DNA of 64,000 nt from Bacillota bacterium (GTDB lineage Bacteria > Bacillota > SHA-98 > Ch115): the NCBI GenBank assembly GCA_013178415.1, contig JABLXA010000003.1, positions 815-64,814 on the forward strand. Reading direction: 5' to 3'. The notes under the pieces are model-generated. The model made no database searches and was not told the origin of the DNA. It worked only from the letters and a program-made list of their open reading frames with translations. The translations under genes and the position numbers were made by a program. Positions 49,280 to 59,994 of this stretch are shown one piece after another; the first letter of the stretch is position 1, and each line of letters begins with the position of its first letter.

Positions 49280-50280
49280 GAAAAATGCTCAGCTGCTGCC
49301 GCGTTCTCGCGCCCAGGGTTTTCCTGACTCACCCTGTAGACACCAATCATCCTGTATTTTTGGTATCTCTTCTCTACCAGCCGCTTTGGCGGGATCGAGA
49401 CAAGATCGGACAGGTGACGGATCAGGCAGGCCTTTATCGACCCTGCCATCGCGCCTGGGTCTTTATGAGCCGCGCCAAGAGGCTCCGGCAGGACCTCATC
49501 CGCGATGCCTAGATTCTTTAGGTCAGCAGCTGTAAGTTTGAGGGCCTCTGCCGCATCTTTAGCGCGCGATGCATCTTTCCATAGGATAGCAGCGCATCCT
49601 TCCGGGGAGATTACGGAAAAGTAAGCGTTTTGCAACATTATCAATCTATCAGCAACGCCTATAGCGAGGGCCCCGCCGCTTCCGCCTTCACCGGTGACGA
49701 CAGCGATGATTGGCACCTCGAGCCCCATCATCTCATAGAGGTTGGCTGCAATGATCACTCCCTGGCCTCTCTCTTCCGCCTCTATGCCGGGATAGGCGCC
49801 TACCACGTCGATGAAACACACAATGGGGCGGCCAAATTTCTCAGCCTGTTTCATGAACCGGAGGGCCTTCCGGTAACCCTCAGGGTGCGGGCTGCCGAAG
49901 TTCCTGGCCAGATTCTCCTTTGTATCGCGCCCCTTCTGAGTGCCAATGACTGTGATAGGACGGCCGGCAAGTCTGCCAATGCCGGCAACGATGGACTTAT
50001 CATCTCGAAAGCATCTATCCCCATGAAGCTCGATGAAGTCGTCAAGTATGCGGGAGATGTAATCAAGAGTGGTAGGCCGACCAGGATGACGGGCAAGCTG
50101 CACTCTTTGCCATGGGGAGAGATTATTATAGATCTCCTGGCGCAAGGCCTCTGCCTTTCTTTCCAGCGTAGCGATTTCCCCTGACAGGTCGATCTGGCGC
50201 TCTTTACTGAAAGACTTCAGCTCCTGAATTCGTCCCTCGAGTTCCACAAGGGGCTTCTCAAAGTCAAGGGCTCCTGTCAT
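49276..50280 (-). CDS. accA: acetyl-CoA carboxylase carboxyltransferase alpha subunit
   Basis: ARHPGRPTTLDYI...FGSPHPEGYRKALRFMKQAEKFGRPIVCFIDVVGAYPG. Confidence 0.9.
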   Translation of the reverse strand: MTGALDFEKPLVELEGRIQELKSFSKERQIDLSGEIATLERKAEALRQEIYNNLSPWQRVQLARHPGRPTTLDYISRILDDFIELHGDRCFRDDKSIVAGIGRLAGRPITVIGTQKGRDTKENLARNFGSPHPEGYRKALRFMKQAEKFGRPIVCFIDVVGAYPGIEAEERGQGVIIAANLYEMMGLEVPIIAVVTGEGGSGGALAIGVADRLIMLQNAYFSVISPEGCAAILWKDASRAKDAAEALKLTAADLKNLGIADEVLPEPLGAAHKDPGAMAGSIKACLIRHLSDLVSIPPKRLVEKRYQKYRMIGVYRVSQENPGRENAAAAEHFS

Positions 50281-51167
50281 CTTGCTTCGACCACCCTCCT
50301 GGCATGGAGAGAAAGGAGGTAAGCGAGTGTAGGTTTCAGCTGGCTCCTCTCCACTATTTTATCTATCATCCCGTGCTCCAAAACAAATTCGGCCGTCTGA
50401 AATCCCGGCGGCAATTTTTGCTTTATGGTCTCCTCGATGACTCTCGGACCGGCAAACCCTATATGCGCCCCGGGTTCAGCGAGGACAATATCGCCAAGAG
50501 AGGCAAAACTAGCGAATACGCCGGCAGTGGTCGGATCGGTGAGAACTGAGATATACAAGAGCCCGGCCTCGCTATGTTTCCTCACTGCGCCGCTCGTCTT
50601 GGCCATTTGCATCAAAGATAGGATGCCCTCTTGCATCCTGGCCCCGCCTGACGTGCATATCATCACTACAGGCAGATGCCTAGAAATAGCCCTTTCAAAA
50701 GTGCGGGTCACTTTCTCTCCCACAACAGAACCCATGCTCGCCCCGATAAAACCGAAGTCCATTATGCCAGCAGCCACGGGGTAACCTTCTATGAACCCTT
50801 CCCCGGTGATGATGGCCTCAGGGAGGCCGGTCGCAGAGACAGATTTCTTGATCTTCTCCTGATAGTCGGGGAAAACTAGCGGATCATCCGGTATCAAATC
50901 CTTATCATATTCAACAAAAGTCCCTTGATCAAAGATCATCTCGACCCGTTCTCTGCAGGATAGCCTGAAATGGAACCCGCATTTCGGACATACCTTGAAA
51001 GTGCCGGAGAGTTCTTTTGTGTATATCATCTGATCACATTTCTCACATTTTACCCAAAGGCCATCCGGGATCTCACGCTTCGACGCGACCGGCCTGACAG
51101 TCACATAGCGCGGTTTACTGCGGAAAAGATCCTTTAGCATGGAGGACATATGATCCCCTCCAAACAT
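50277..51167 (-). CDS. accD: acetyl-CoA carboxylase carboxyltransferase beta subunit (Zn-ribbon)
   Basis: CEKCDQMIY...CPKCGFHFRL zinc ribbon plus the CT domain; TGA stop overlaps the accA ATG. Confidence 0.9.
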   Translation of the reverse strand: MFGGDHMSSMLKDLFRSKPRYVTVRPVASKREIPDGLWVKCEKCDQMIYTKELSGTFKVCPKCGFHFRLSCRERVEMIFDQGTFVEYDKDLIPDDPLVFPDYQEKIKKSVSATGLPEAIITGEGFIEGYPVAAGIMDFGFIGASMGSVVGEKVTRTFERAISRHLPVVMICTSGGARMQEGILSLMQMAKTSGAVRKHSEAGLLYISVLTDPTTAGVFASFASLGDIVLAEPGAHIGFAGPRVIEETIKQKLPPGFQTAEFVLEHGMIDKIVERSQLKPTLAYLLSLHARRVVEAR

Positions 51168-51176
51168 ATCATTCGA

Positions 51177-51380
51177 CTACTTATCGAATTCCTCGCTGAG
51201 AGCTGCCTGGGCGTCTTCTGCCTCCGATTCAGGAACCAGGATCTCGAAGTTGCACGCTGATCCATGAGAAATCCCAACCGGACGTATTGTTGCAAGGTAC
51301 CCCTGCTTCTCCAGGAATTCTTTCATAGAATCTGCAACAGAGCGACTTGGAGCAATATATACAACAGTCCACATCGGCAA
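51177..51380 (-). CDS. small hypothetical protein (67 aa) between dnaE and accD
   Basis: ORF only; conserved position in the dnaE-acc operon. Confidence 0.3.
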   Translation of the reverse strand: MPMWTVVYIAPSRSVADSMKEFLEKQGYLATIRPVGISHGSACNFEILVPESEAEDAQAALSEEFDK

Positions 51381-51411
51381 CTCATGCCTCCTCTCGCGAT
51401 CGCCAGGCGAA

Positions 51412-54400
51412 TCACCCTGCCGTCCTCATCCTGGAGCCTAATAGACCGTGTATCATATTGAGGAGATCGGCACTTCCCCGAACCCACAGATCCGGCGGCG
51501 TTGATATTATAGCCTTTCCTTCGGCGGTCTTTACCGTCACAAATACAGGTCTGTCGCCCTTGTTTTGCTCCAACACATTTCTAACCCTGGAAAGGAGCTC
51601 TTGTTTCAGTTCTGTCGAATCAAGCATAATATTCACATCTTCTCTGGTCAAGGGGATGATCTCATTGGCTATGAGTTTGGCCCCCTCTTCTTCCTTGCTG
51701 TCTGTCTTACCCTGTATTATAACTACCCGGTCCTCGGAAAGAAAAGATGAGTATTTCTCATAGGTTTTCGGGAATACGATGACCTCAACTGAGCCATAGA
51801 GATCCTCAACCTCAACGAAAGCCATCTGCTGCCCGTTCTTGGTGGTGATTTTCTTTATAGCGGTGACCATGCCCCCAATTGTGACATCGGTTCCGTCCGG
51901 GAGATGGGGCAAGGTAGCGCATGTTACCGTAGCCAGTTCCCTTATCTGATCCGCTACAGGCATAAGCGGGTGCCCCGTGATGTAAAGGCCCAGGAGTTCC
52001 TTTTCCATGGCCAGCCGTTCCCTCTCTGGGAATTCGTCTATATCGGGCAAGGGTATGTCATACGACGCGAACTCCGACTTTTCCTCGAACAAGTCGAAGA
52101 AAGAAGCCTGGCCGCCATTTTTCTTTCTCCTGCCGGACTGCGCCATATCATATGCAGTATCAAGAATAGCCAGTAACTGCGACCTGCGATGCCCCAGAGA
52201 ATCGAACGCGCCACAACGAATCAGACTCTCAGTAACCTTTTTGGTCACAACTGAAGTATCCACTTTCTCGCAAAAATCCATCAGATTCGTAAATCTTTTA
52301 TGCTCTTTTCTAGCTTTTATGATGGCTTCGACAGCTGAACGCCCTACATTCTTTACCGCAGCAAGGCCGAATCTTATACCACCCCCGACGACAGTAAAAT
52401 CAGTGAGGCTTTCATTCACATCAGGGGGCAATACCTCAATGCCTTTACGTCTGCATTCATCGATATAGAAGGCTACCTTGTCTGTATTGCCTGATACGCT
52501 TGTGAGCAGAGCCGCCATGAATTCCACTGGATAATGGGCCTTTAGATAAGCCGTCTGATAGGATATCAAAGCATAGGCTGCGCTATGGGATTTATTGAAA
52601 CCATACCCGGCGAAATACTCCATGAGATCGAATATCTCATTCGCCGTCTTTTCGGGCACCCCTCCTTTTACCGATCCTTCCACAAACCTTGTACGCAGTC
52701 CGGCCAGGACTTCAGGCTTTTTCTTGCCCATGGCCCGCCTCATAAGGTCGGCCTCGCCCATGGAGAAACCGGCAAGGTAGTTCGCCACCATCATAACTTG
52801 CTCTTGATAAAGCATGATGCCATAAGTTTCCTTAAGGATGGGCTCAACCTTGGGGTGAGGATATTTTATCTCAATTTCCCCATGTTTTTGCTTGACAAAG
52901 TCAGAAATGCAGTTCATCGGGCCGGGCCTGCCTAGGGCCAAGATGGCTATGAGATCCTCAAAAGATTGCGGCTTTACCTCCCTCAGCAGATTTCTGAAGA
53001 GGCTGCTCTCCAGTTGAAATACGCCCATTGAGTCTCCTTTGCATAGCATCTCATAGACCTTGCTATCGTTGAGCGGCAGGTTGGACATGTCAAGTTTCTC
53101 ATGAGTAGTAGCTTCTACTATCTTCACGGCATTCCCTATCATCGTAAGAGTCCTGAGACCCAGGAAATCCATCTTGAGGACGCCCAGGCTCTCCAGGTCT
53201 GACATAGGATACTGGGTTGTTATGACACCATCAGAACCCCTATAAAGCGGTACATGCTCCATCAAGGGTATATCAGAAATGACTACTCCGGCGGCATGGA
53301 CGGAAGCATGCCTTGGCATTCCTTCCACGCCCCTCGCCATATCTATGAGGGTCCTCACCCGTTCATTGGAATCATATAGAACCTTCAGGTCAGGAGCGGT
53401 CTCAAGGGCTTTATCTATCGTGATGTTCAACTCCGCAGGCACCAATTTGGCTATACGGTCGACTTCAGCATATGGGAGAGCAAGTGCCCTCCCTACATCA
53501 CGGACTGCCGCCCTCGCTGCCATGGTCCCGAAGGTTATGATCTGCGCCACTCTATCTTCGCCATATTTTCTCGTTACATAATCAATGACATCCTGGCGTC
53601 TTTCATAGCAAAAGTCCACATCGATGTCTGGCATGCTTACCCTTTCGGGGTTTAGAAAGCGCTCAAAGATGAGCCCGTATTTGAGGGGATCCAAACTTGT
53701 GATCCCTAGAGAATATGCCACAAGGCTCCCGGGGGCCGAGCCTCGGCCAGGCCCCACGTAAATGCCAGACTGCCGGGCGAAGTGTATAAAATCCCAGACT
53801 ATGAGGAAGTACCCGCAATACCCCATTTTCTGAATGACATCTAATTCGTAATTCAGCCTATCTTGTATCTCCTGAGTCACCTTGGAATAGCGTTTCTTAA
53901 CCCCGTCAAAACAGAGCTCCCGGAGGTAACTCTCTTCTGTATGGCCCTCGGGCACAGGATATCTGGGAACCCTTGAACGGCCAAAAGTGAAATCGAAATT
54001 GCACCGATCGGCTATTGCGACGGTGTTCTTGAGCGCTTCATCGAGCTCCCCCGCAAATGACCTTTTCATTTCTTGAGGAGTCTTGAAATAGAACTGGTTG
54101 GTAGGAAATTTCAATCTGCCGGTGTCCTCTACTGATTTCCCTGTTTGAATGCACAGCAACACATCATGGAGCGAGGCATCCCCCATGTCCAGGTAATGGA
54201 CATCATTGGTAGCTACAAGAGGAATCCCTAGTTCCCGAGACATAGCCACTATCTTTTTGTTTACCTCATCCTGATCAGCGATGCCGATATCCTGTACCTC
54301 CAGGAAAAAGTCATCCGGCCCGAAGATCTCCCGGTATTCTCTGGCCTTGTTGTATGCCTCCTCCTGGCGGCCTGCCAATAAAAGCTTGGGGATTTCCCCC

Positions 54401-54825
54401 GATAGGCACGCCGACGTGGCGATGAGTCCCTCGCTATACTGGCGCAAGACCTCAAGATCTACGCGGGGCTTGTAATAGAAACCTTCCGTGAAAGCAATGG
54501 AGGAAAGCCTCACTAGATTACGATACCCGGTCTCGTTCTCAGCCAGTAAAACTAGATGGTGAGGATCATCATCCACTTTGGGCGTGCGGTCATGCCGCGA
54601 CCTGGGAGCGACATAGACCTCGCATCCTATGATAGGCTTTATGCCGGCCTTTTTCGCAACCTTGTAGAACTCAACTGCTCCAAAAAGAACGCCATGATCA
54701 GTCATAGCGACTGCATCATAGCCCATGGCAAGAGCCTTCTCCATAAGCTTGTCCAGTTTACAAGCGCCGTCTAGTCAAAGAAGAGAGTACTGTGTGTGCA
54801 GGTGAAGGTGCACAAAGTCTCCCAT
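51412..54825 (-). CDS. dnaE: DNA polymerase III alpha subunit DnaE; homology extends 27 codons upstream of the track ORF start (54744) across an in-frame TGA at 54775-54777
   Basis: Upstream frame reads MGDFVHLHLHTQYSLL*LDGACKLDKL-MEKALAMGYDAVAMTDHG, matching the canonical PHP N-terminus (FVHLHVHTEYSLLDGA). The rest is a full-length DnaE (1110 aa) with PHP, palm, fingers and OB domains. Confidence 0.9.
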
Positions 54826-55130
54826 CCAAGATCACCCCCCATAGGCCGCAAGACCCTCCAGTTTATTCTTTCTCATCAGGGGCCTCTTCTTCTCGCTCTC
54901 TATCTTTCCATAGGAGGTTCTTATTTTTCTCCCCCAATATATCGGCCTCTTCCTCTTCATTCGCTTCCGTCATCATCATATCGAGGAAATCCTTATCATC
55001 GACATCAATGGGCTTGTGAGCCATCTTCTTGCCTGAACGCCTCTTGATCATGGCTAAGACCTCCAAGTTATCCCGCTATTGCTGGCATTATAGGCCATCC
55101 TTTTATATTACCCTGATAAGAGGTGAAAAT

Positions 55131-56099
55131 CTATAACAAATACCTACCATCTTGAATGACAACCTTTCCATCGATCTCCAGAGTGGGCGAAAGCAAAATA
55201 CCATCAAGGTGGCTTTGCACCTTGATCTTTCCGCCAAAGCCGCTGTTGTTCCCGATGGCCACATGGACAGTCCCCATCGCTTTCTCATCCTCGAGGACTT
55301 TCCCTGTGACCACAGCGAGGTCATTTGTGCCTATGCCCAATTCAGCGACATTCAAAGCATCTCGTCCAAGCCCATTTATTACTTTTTCGAGAAGGACCTT
55401 GCCTTCTCCTCCCTCTATTCTTGACACATATCCATCTTCAACATGCAATACGAGAGGTTCAGCCAAGAGGCCAACGCCGGCCATTGCCCCATCCACCACA
55501 AGCACTCCGCTGGCCGTTCCCTCTACAGGCGCTATATACGCTTCACCCGCCGGGAGATTTCCAAAATCTCCAGGGGTGAGATACTGGCCCGTATCGGGAT
55601 AGCCGATTCGTCCCTCAATGGACATTACGAGATCTGTCCCGCGAGCGCTGGTTAGATGAACCCTGACGCCTGAACTAAGCACCTCGGCAAGGTCGATGCT
55701 TCTCTCGGCGATAGCATCATAATCTGCCACAAGCGTCCTGGCCATACATTCTTCTGTTATTCCCGGCAGACTCGCAATCCTCGCTCCCGCTTTACATGCC
55801 TCCTTGCGAGCCTCGGTATGGGAGAGAGATTTCGATGTGGGAATCAAAACAACCCGTGCCGATTTCATAGCCTCTGCGACGACCCTGGGCGGTTCCTCGC
55901 CATTCCTCTGCCGTGGCGCCATCTCCAGGATCATCGCTTCTGCCCCCAACTCTGATGCTTCAGCCCAAAATATCTTACCTATGGAGCGAAGCGGAGCATC
56001 TGTTACAATAAGACAGGTCTCTTTAGATTCCAGCCCCATGCATTGACGAAGCGCGGTCCTTGCGGCACGCCTGAGATCTGACGGATCAACCTGAGACAT
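55131..56099 (-). CDS. M29 (aminopeptidase T/PepS)-like family protein, short form
   Basis: Resembles M29 family proteins (CLIVTDAP...GEAYIAPVEGTASGVLVVDGAM...GTVHVAIGNNSGFGG). Confidence 0.45.
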   Translation of the reverse strand: MSQVDPSDLRRAARTALRQCMGLESKETCLIVTDAPLRSIGKIFWAEASELGAEAMILEMAPRQRNGEEPPRVVAEAMKSARVVLIPTSKSLSHTEARKEACKAGARIASLPGITEECMARTLVADYDAIAERSIDLAEVLSSGVRVHLTSARGTDLVMSIEGRIGYPDTGQYLTPGDFGNLPAGEAYIAPVEGTASGVLVVDGAMAGVGLLAEPLVLHVEDGYVSRIEGGEGKVLLEKVINGLGRDALNVAELGIGTNDLAVVTGKVLEDEKAMGTVHVAIGNNSGFGGKIKVQSHLDGILLSPTLEIDGKVVIQDGRYLL

Positions 56100-56356
56100 A
56101 CATATCTCCCCCTTATCTTAAGCCTAATTCTTGCTCCGTTCCACTTTTCCTGCCTCAGGACGAAGCTGCAAAAGGCAAACTTAGGCAACACTATGGTACC
56201 ATTGACTACTGTACACGAATTCTTCTCGTCTTATGCCTTATGCCTTATGCCTGATGCCTCTCGCTCTATGGCTTCTTCTCGCGCATAGAAAACATCAAAA
56301 AGATCTAATACTAAATGTTGACGCAGGTCAAGTAATTTCTATGAGGAGGCGACAGA

Positions 56357-56680
56357 ATGGCAAGAAGGATGATAGGAGACCTGTTCCTTGATGGTAGAGT
56401 TGCGGTTGATCCATTTCCACCTTCCACCGGGAAAAAGGCTGTCATAATGTATAAAGGGCTGCTGGCAAAATCCGGAGCCGATGCAGTCTATGCTCACGTT
56501 GGATATGGGTACGACAACTGGTCAAACGTAAAAACAATTCCCATGACGAAAGTAGACCAGGATACGTGGACGGCAGAGATCCCCATCGAGGGCGAGACAA
56601 AACTGAATTTCTGCTTCAAGGACGGGGCAGATAACTGGGATAATAACAACGGTCTCAACTGGGGCTGCGCCATAGTCTAA
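56357..56680 (+). CDS. hypothetical small protein with carbohydrate-binding-module-like beta-sandwich sequence
   Basis: YAHVGYGYDNWSNVKTIPM...WTAEIPIEGETKLNFCFKDGADNWDNNNGLNW, an aromatic-rich CBM-like pattern. Confidence 0.3.
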   Translation: MARRMIGDLFLDGRVAVDPFPPSTGKKAVIMYKGLLAKSGADAVYAHVGYGYDNWSNVKTIPMTKVDQDTWTAEIPIEGETKLNFCFKDGADNWDNNNGLNWGCAIV

Positions 56681-56692
56681 CGGGGAGAACGG

Positions 56693-56935
56693 GGATGGTG
56701 ATACCGTCCCATCGGACGCGGCATGGCTAGGTGATGGTGGTATCGTCCCATCGGACGCGACCTTGCAGCAGGTCGCTCTGTGATCCGAGGACCTATACCT
56801 TGAGGGCCGAGGACCACCGAGCAGCCTCGCAGCAAGGCTGCGTCCGGCGTAAGGGATACCGTTGCGCCCCAGCGCGGCTATGCTGCGTCCGCCGGGAGGA
56901 GTATCCATAATCCATACCCCGGCCATGCCGCGTCC
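56693..56935. repeat. short tandem repeats preceding array B3
   Basis: gatggtg(a/g)ta(c/t)cgtcccatcggacgcg x2; gc(t/c)gcgtccg(n)cg...ggat x3. Confidence 0.6.
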
Positions 56936-56964
56936 GAGCGCGGGGATGAGTTGGTGGTTACCGA

Positions 56965-57463
56965 GAGTGGTGAGTTTTTAGGCAGGTCTCTGGGGAGAGT
57001 GGCAGGTTTTTAGTCACCTTAAACTGGGAGTGGCAAGTTTTTGGGCAGGTTACGTGCGGAAGTGACTAAAAATCCGTCAGCCTAGACCAATGGTGACGAG
57101 ACTGTAGGCAGATTCCCCTTAGAAGTGGCTAAAAATCTGTCAGCTTCCTCGCTGGGGTGGCGATATTCTCGCCAGGTCGGGATGGTTTTAGCAAAGTCTG
57201 GGTCAAACTCACCTTGAGGTGGCTGAAATTTAGGCAAGTTTCGCTCAAATGTGGTCAAGATTTCGCCAGCCCCGGGTCTGGGGTGGCAGATTTCTCGCCA
57301 CCTTCCCCTTAGATTGGAAAATTATAGGCTATGATTATCCATAAAAAGGAACTTTATGGTATATATTGGCTGGAGGTGGCGATACTCTAGCCAGCCTGAA
57401 TGCAGAGGTGGCTGGGATCTTACCAGCCTCCGCTTTCAAGTGGCGAAAATCTAGCCAGCTCAG
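56965..57463. repeat. tandem array of ~14 units (~33 bp) with GTGGC-N-TTT-GCCAG hairpin cores (array B3)
   Basis: Units such as ggggtggcgatattctcgccaggtcgggat, ggggtggcagatttctcgccaccttcccctta, gaggtggcgatactctagccagcc; same family as the 29.0-29.5 kb array. Confidence 0.8.
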
Positions 57464-57610
57464 CCCATGAGACGCAATATCGCACCGCATATTCCAAGTT
57501 TGAGCTTGTATGTCTCTCTTATATGTCCGAAGTACAGTTTTCGAAAGCATTATTAGCACAGCGATTCATGCTCTCTATTTGTTATTTGAATAGAAAGGAT
57601 CAAACCAGAA

Positions 57611-58618
57611 ATGACATCTCAAACCATACCCCAGGAAGCTAGCTTTGACCAAAAGCTGGCCTTTCATTTGTTGCACCCTAGATTACCAGCGGTTGAAAGG
57701 CGTCTGCTAGAGATAGTGGGCAGTGACAAGAGCCCTGCAGGTGAGCTTGCGGCCATCGTGGTGAAGGCCGGAGGGAAGCGAATACGACCCGCATTGACCC
57801 TCATCTCGTCTGATTTCTTCAAAGACAATTGTGACCATGAGATGACCATTGATGTGGCCTCGGCCATAGAATTGATCCATATGGCGTCCATCGTTCATGA
57901 TGATGTCATAGATGGGACCAGTTATAGGCGGAAGAATCGAACACTAAATGCCGCATTCGGAAATCATGTTGCCATTCTTGCAGGCGATCTCTTTCTTTCC
58001 AAGGCATTAGCGATTCTGAGCAGCCATAAAAAGTATGAGATAATCAATATATTGGCAGAGACTGTGACATACATGTCTGAGGCTGAAATAGAGCAATCGC
58101 TGCGGGCCTTTAATGATAAGGTGACAGAGGCTGAATATAATCAATATATCGGCAAGAAAACGGCGCACCTCATGGCGGTATCATGTTATGCAGGTCTGCT
58201 GGCAGCCGGGGCCTGTGAGAAAGCGATGTCTCATATGTGGCACTACGGCTATTATATGGGCATCGCCTTTCAGATAATAGATGATACCCTGGACCTCGTC
58301 GGGGACCAGAAGACCATGGGGAAAACCATTTGGCAGGATCTCCCCTCTGGCATTATCACTCTACCGGTTATCAAAGGGCTGAGTCACCCCAAAGCAGGCC
58401 CATTTTTATCGAAACTCATTCATTCACGAAAGTTTGATCATGAGCGGATGAACAGGGTGCGAGAGATCTTGTTGGAAATCGGGGCGATAGAGTATGCGCG
58501 TGAACAAGCCCGCTCTTACATAAGGTCTGCTCAGGAAAGGCTCATGTTGATGCCACCATGTGAAGCGAGAAACAAGCTATTTGCCATATCGGAGCTTAGT
58601 TTACAAAGAAATGCGTAG
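57611..58618 (+). CDS. trans-polyprenyl diphosphate synthase (hepta/octaprenyl-PP synthase type)
   Basis: First DDxxD IVHDDVIDG, second FQIIDDTLD. Confidence 0.85.
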   Translation: MTSQTIPQEASFDQKLAFHLLHPRLPAVERRLLEIVGSDKSPAGELAAIVVKAGGKRIRPALTLISSDFFKDNCDHEMTIDVASAIELIHMASIVHDDVIDGTSYRRKNRTLNAAFGNHVAILAGDLFLSKALAILSSHKKYEIINILAETVTYMSEAEIEQSLRAFNDKVTEAEYNQYIGKKTAHLMAVSCYAGLLAAGACEKAMSHMWHYGYYMGIAFQIIDDTLDLVGDQKTMGKTIWQDLPSGIITLPVIKGLSHPKAGPFLSKLIHSRKFDHERMNRVREILLEIGAIEYAREQARSYIRSAQERLMLMPPCEARNKLFAISELSLQRNA

Positions 58619-58675
58619 CAGCCAACCCCAGGATAGTCCTGGGGAAAAGGAGATGCAGACGCAGGGGACCGCCTG

Positions 58676-59845
58676 CTACACGACTCCGGCAGTCCTGAAA
58701 AGCTTTACAAAGGCTCTGGTGATGAACGCCTCCGGGCCTATCTGGTCAAAGAAATGTTCTGACGCTTCTTCAAGCCCCTGGGCGCTGACCTTTCTATCGG
58801 AAAGATAAAGGGCCAGCAACCCCTTTACAACAGTTGTGTGGAATGAAGCAAAAGAAAGCCGGGATGCCCGGCGAAAGCCCTCATTTACAAAGAGACTCAA
58901 TCTCTCACGGCACTCCTCCTGATTTTTGTAGTAGCTCACGAAATTCAGGTCACCGCCCTCTTCATCCTCCCTCTGGTCAATGAAATAATCCAGCAGGATG
59001 TGCAAGCCAGCTATCCAGGGGAAATAGGCTTCGATTAGACTCTGAACATCCCTGTTTTGCAGTCCTTTTAGCGCAGAGGCCGCTATCAGAGCAAAGATCC
59101 CGAGAGTCGACCCGCACGCTGCGGCAAATTCCCACCATCGAATGTCTCTGAGGGTGAACTCTCGTCGATGTACATCTATGGATCTATCTGCATATTCATC
59201 ATACCACCGGATGAGAAGGGATTCACGGACGCTCAGATCAGCATGTTTCTTGATCTGCAGGTCACAATAAAGCCTTGTAAATTGAATAACTTGAGGTTTC
59301 ACCTTCTCATAGGAAGGTAGATGCTTGAGCTGGTTCTTACATTCCTCTACAAGTGAAACCAGATAGCCACCATCATTCTTATGGGGATAAAGGCGATAAT
59401 AGTCCCTATCAAGACTCGGGCCATCTGGCTGCATGGAATCAGCAGGCTCGAGCGCATCGAGCATGGAGCAATGGAGGGCGCTGAAAGCATTCTCATCATA
59501 GCAGCCAGCTCTATCACACAAATTGTCCAGGTAATCGCTGATGGTCTGAAAGGCCACTATAAATCTGACAATATGGTATAACTGGTCTAATGCAAACGAA
59601 AAGTTGGAATGACCCAGGGTGAACAGAGGATAGGCTGCATATACGGAACCTCCTTGTGCATGAAACCGTTTATGGAGTATACTGGACCTGCCAAGATCGC
59701 GTAAAACTATATTAGGACAGGAATTCAGCCCGGTCCTCCACCTTTTGAGTTCGCGGTCTACTGCGGGAAGTATGCGAAACGCCATGGTGAATATGATATC
59801 CAGCTCAGCAAGGAACTCTCTGACCGACAAAATATCACCATCCAT
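58676..59845 (-). CDS. DUF2600/YtpB-like protein (tetraprenyl-beta-curcumene synthase family) - tentative
   Basis: Size, all-alpha composition and similarity to Bacillus YtpB recalled from memory; convergent with the polyprenyl synthase gene. Confidence 0.45.
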   Translation of the reverse strand: MDGDILSVREFLAELDIIFTMAFRILPAVDRELKRWRTGLNSCPNIVLRDLGRSSILHKRFHAQGGSVYAAYPLFTLGHSNFSFALDQLYHIVRFIVAFQTISDYLDNLCDRAGCYDENAFSALHCSMLDALEPADSMQPDGPSLDRDYYRLYPHKNDGGYLVSLVEECKNQLKHLPSYEKVKPQVIQFTRLYCDLQIKKHADLSVRESLLIRWYDEYADRSIDVHRREFTLRDIRWWEFAAACGSTLGIFALIAASALKGLQNRDVQSLIEAYFPWIAGLHILLDYFIDQREDEEGGDLNFVSYYKNQEECRERLSLFVNEGFRRASRLSFASFHTTVVKGLLALYLSDRKVSAQGLEEASEHFFDQIGPEAFITRAFVKLFRTAGVV

Positions 59846-59994
59846 TACTTGACATTCCTAAAACCTGGCTATGGCAGGCCCGCTTAGCCTAAGCAGGCTC
59901 CACATTAGATTCCCCGGGATAGCAAGGCTTATTCATGGTTATGGCGCGCATTTAAATTTAATCCATACTATATAGGATCAGGAGGTTTTCATAG

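Noticed and set aside
54775-54777. Alternative genetic code (TGA read as Gly/Trp) to explain the in-frame TGA in dnaE
   Set aside because: TGA is a bona fide stop in well-conserved genes in this window (accD ends with TGA overlapping the accA ATG; the SWIM gene also ends at TGA), and GC content is high. A single local lesion or internal start is more parsimonious.
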